Source: Heteronotia binoei (Eukaryota). Taken from it: DNA of 51,044 nucleotides. This document shows positions 48,350-51,044 of this stretch, in pieces. The notes under the pieces are model-generated. The model was not told the DNA's origin, ran no database searches, and saw only the letters and a list, made by a program, of their open reading frames with translations. Positions within the stretch are counted from its first letter, which is position 1. Each line of letters opens with the position of its first letter. A program made the translations under genes and the position numbers. The stretch spans positions 88,734,957-88,786,000 of the forward strand of contig NC_083229.1 in the NCBI RefSeq assembly GCF_032191835.1, read 5' to 3'.

Positions 48350-48515
48350 GAGGCCTTGAATTTAGCAGGAGCTCACAGGAGCACAGCTCCTGAACCTCTA
48401 GACAGGTCTGCATGTAATGGGGAGTTCTCTCCCCACGGCACACAGATCTCAGGGCATATGCAAATGTGGTATGCTACTGAGCTCCTGCACCTTTTTTTCT
48501 ACAAAATGACTCCTG
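48350..48515. mobile_element. hAT MITE (caggggtc...ggcctg family)
   Basis: Perfect 8-bp TSD cttgtttc (48342-48349, 48516-48523). Shares acaggagcacagctcctgaacc with 9636. ATGCAAAT at 48458. Confidence 0.85.
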
Positions 48516-50198
48516 CTTGTTTCTCCATACTTTTTGAGATGGCTCTTGCAACCAGAGCAAAAGTTATATTTTGTGATACAGAGAGGATTAGAATGTTTTC
48601 CCCATGTAGCAATATTTTTATTCCAACTCCTTCCCTAGTCAACATGGATACTTGGAAACAACCTTTATAAATTCTTGTTGGTTGTGAGAAGAATTATGCT
48701 AAGATTTTATTTTTCCTTTCCCTCTTGATGGAATAAAAATATAGTTTCTTCTACCATTGTCCTTACATTATAGGTTTCTCTAGATGACTTACAGAACTGC
48801 ACACTGCCACAGTGCAACATTACATATACAGATTATCACGACATGGTTGACAATATGTATGAGTAATCTTTTTCAAGGAAAAAATCTACATACAGCAAGA
48901 ATCAGTGTTATAATTTCTATTTATGTGGGTGAGTGGAGAGAGCAAAGGAGAAACTGCAGTGGCTGAGAATCACAGACAACTCCCCCCCCCTTGATATTTA
49001 TAATGATTGCCATGAAGATCTTTTTAAAATGCAGTAGGTTTAATTGCCTTTTCATGAACTGACAAACATTTTAATTATGTTATTGTATATATGCACAAAC
49101 TGTTAATATAACTTAGCTTAAATGTCAATATGTATTAATTCTTTTAAGGAAGTTTGAGAGAAGGATGAAAAAGTTGCATATGTGAGAAGGAAAAAATAGG
49201 AAATGTACCAGATGTAAAGTAGAAAAGGCCTGTATCTGATTTGACAGGGAAGTATAGCTCCGCTAATGAAAAATTGATTGGAATGCTAATGCAATTATGT
49301 TTCTGAGCACTGGATAGTGTATATTTCTATTCTATGAACCAGCAGTATTGCTGGATGAAATTGTTTTGTGGACAGAGGTTCATGATTATGCTTTAGAAAT
49401 ACAAAGATAATCTTTTTGGTGGATTGTATTCATTGAATGATATTTTAATTGAGCACTTAGAGTGTTTTAAAGCATTCTTAAAACGAAAATTTAAAAATGT
49501 CTTAGCAAGTGGTACAGTCTGGAATCTCTGATCAAACGTTTGTAATGTATGTTTCTTTTTTGTTTGTGTTTTGAATTTTTTTACTTTTATAGTGTTAGAA
49601 ATATGCATATGTACTTGAACATTTCAAATAATAATTTTAAACTTGTTCTGTTGTGTTTTATAATCTTAACAAAGTAACCCTAATGCACTATAGCTTGTAA
49701 GAAAAGCTAACTCCCTGTTTTTGTCCTTTTTGGAAGCCATTATTCAAATTACATTAAGAGACTTATTAAGAAGTTGTATTGCTGGTTTCTGTTGGGGAGA
49801 AATAAGGTGAGCAGCGGAATGCAAAACAGAAAGGCTGGAAAACAAATAATCAACTAAAGGGACATTTTAAAAATCCTGGCAGGATAAAGGAAAGACTGAA
49901 TCAAAGTAAGGCATAATCAACATAAAGAAAAATCACTCTTTGGTAATACTGATATCAGAAAGCAAGACTTAGCCAGTAATGAAATCTGAGAAAAAACATA
50001 GAGAGTGAGCAAAAATCATGTCAAGATCTTTAGCTTGAAGAAATAGTAACATTACTAAAATGGAAAGATCAAGAAAGGAAGAATGCTGAGCAAAAATATT
50101 AAATTCTGTATTTGAAAGGTTTTGCTTTCAGACATTAAGAAGATAGCAATGACGAAACTGGAGCCAGTTGAATAAAGATCTAGGTTTAACATTTGCAG

Positions 50199-50484
50199 GT
50201 ACCTTTGGCGCAGAGTGTTAAAGCTGCAGTATTGCAGTTCTAAGCTCTGCTCACAACCTGAGTTTGATCCCCAGTGGAAGCTGGGTTTTCAGGTAGCTGG
50301 CTCGAGGTTGACTCAGCCTTCCATCCTTCTGAGGTCGGTAAAATGAGTACCCAGCTTGCTGGGGAGAAAGCACAGATGACTAGGGAAGGCAATGGCAAAC
50401 GACCCCGTAAAAAGTCTGCTGTGAAAACAACGTCACCCCAGAGTTAGAAACGACTGGTGCTTGCACAGGGGACCTTTGCTTTCC
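50199..50484 (+). mobile_element. Sauria SINE (Squam1), full length
   Basis: tggcgcagagtgttaaagctgcag head, gagtttgatccc B box, accttt-type tail. 7-bp TSD tttgcag (50192-50198, 50485-50491). Confidence 0.9.
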
Positions 50485-51044
50485 TTTGCAGATATCTTAA
50501 AACTTGTGCTTGGTCAGAGGTATAAGTCTTAGGTCATATCCTCTTGGCTGTTAGCTCTCAGTCCATGCCTTGCAGCCATTGGTCTTGTGTGAGCTGTGTC
50601 TGTGGAACAAGCATTAGCTTGGGACACCATTAAGAGAGGAAGGTGGAAATTTTCCATTGTGTAGAATGTTGGATCATAAGAATGTGTGTTGTTATTCATT
50701 TGAAAAATTGAGTAAAAAGGGTTGGAGAAGAGCTTTTTATATTTTAAATACTTGTATTAGTACCTCTCAACAAAAGGTCATGGCCTGTAATAATCAAATA
50801 AAAACCTGTAATAATAAAATCCCATATCAAAACTACAGCTAGCTAAAAAGAAAAGAACAAAAATTAGATGAAAAATTAACAACTGAAAAGAGATTCTGAG
50901 GAAAAATGAACAGAAATATATGCTTGCTTAGCAGAAACAACAGAAGAAAAAGAAATGAGCACAAATTTATTGTGAAGAAAAAAACATAGTTGAGACTTCA
51001 GTGTCTTATGTTCAGCAGTCCAAATACAGAAACAAAAATAATGC

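Overview
This is vertebrate genomic DNA, not microbial, most likely from a squamate reptile (gecko). The inference rests on co-occurring Sauria/Squam1-, Squam2-, Squam3- and 5S-derived SINE-like repeats. The window is AT-rich intronic/intergenic sequence dominated by transposable-element fossils. The largest are a full-length but disabled L1 on the minus strand (26016-32640, 13-bp TSD, about 1.3-kb inter-ORF spacer), a 5'-truncated L2 LINE (about 1660-3657), the 5' half of a CR1 carrying a zinc-finger/esterase ORF1 (about 9890-11495), and a Ngaro-like tyrosine-recombinase retroelement remnant with an SGNH hydrolase (about 16730-17870). Also present are Penelope fragments, a probable solo LTR, many hAT and Tc/mariner MITEs with readable TIRs/TSDs, and about 18 SINE copies or fragments, often nested. 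A few short splice-site-bounded open segments on the + strand may be exons of a host gene that I cannot name. I found no intact protein-coding gene, CRISPR array, rRNA or true tRNA gene, and nothing I can honestly call a new biological system. The findings are mostly unusual element architectures. All family names come from recognition by eye and were not checked against a database.
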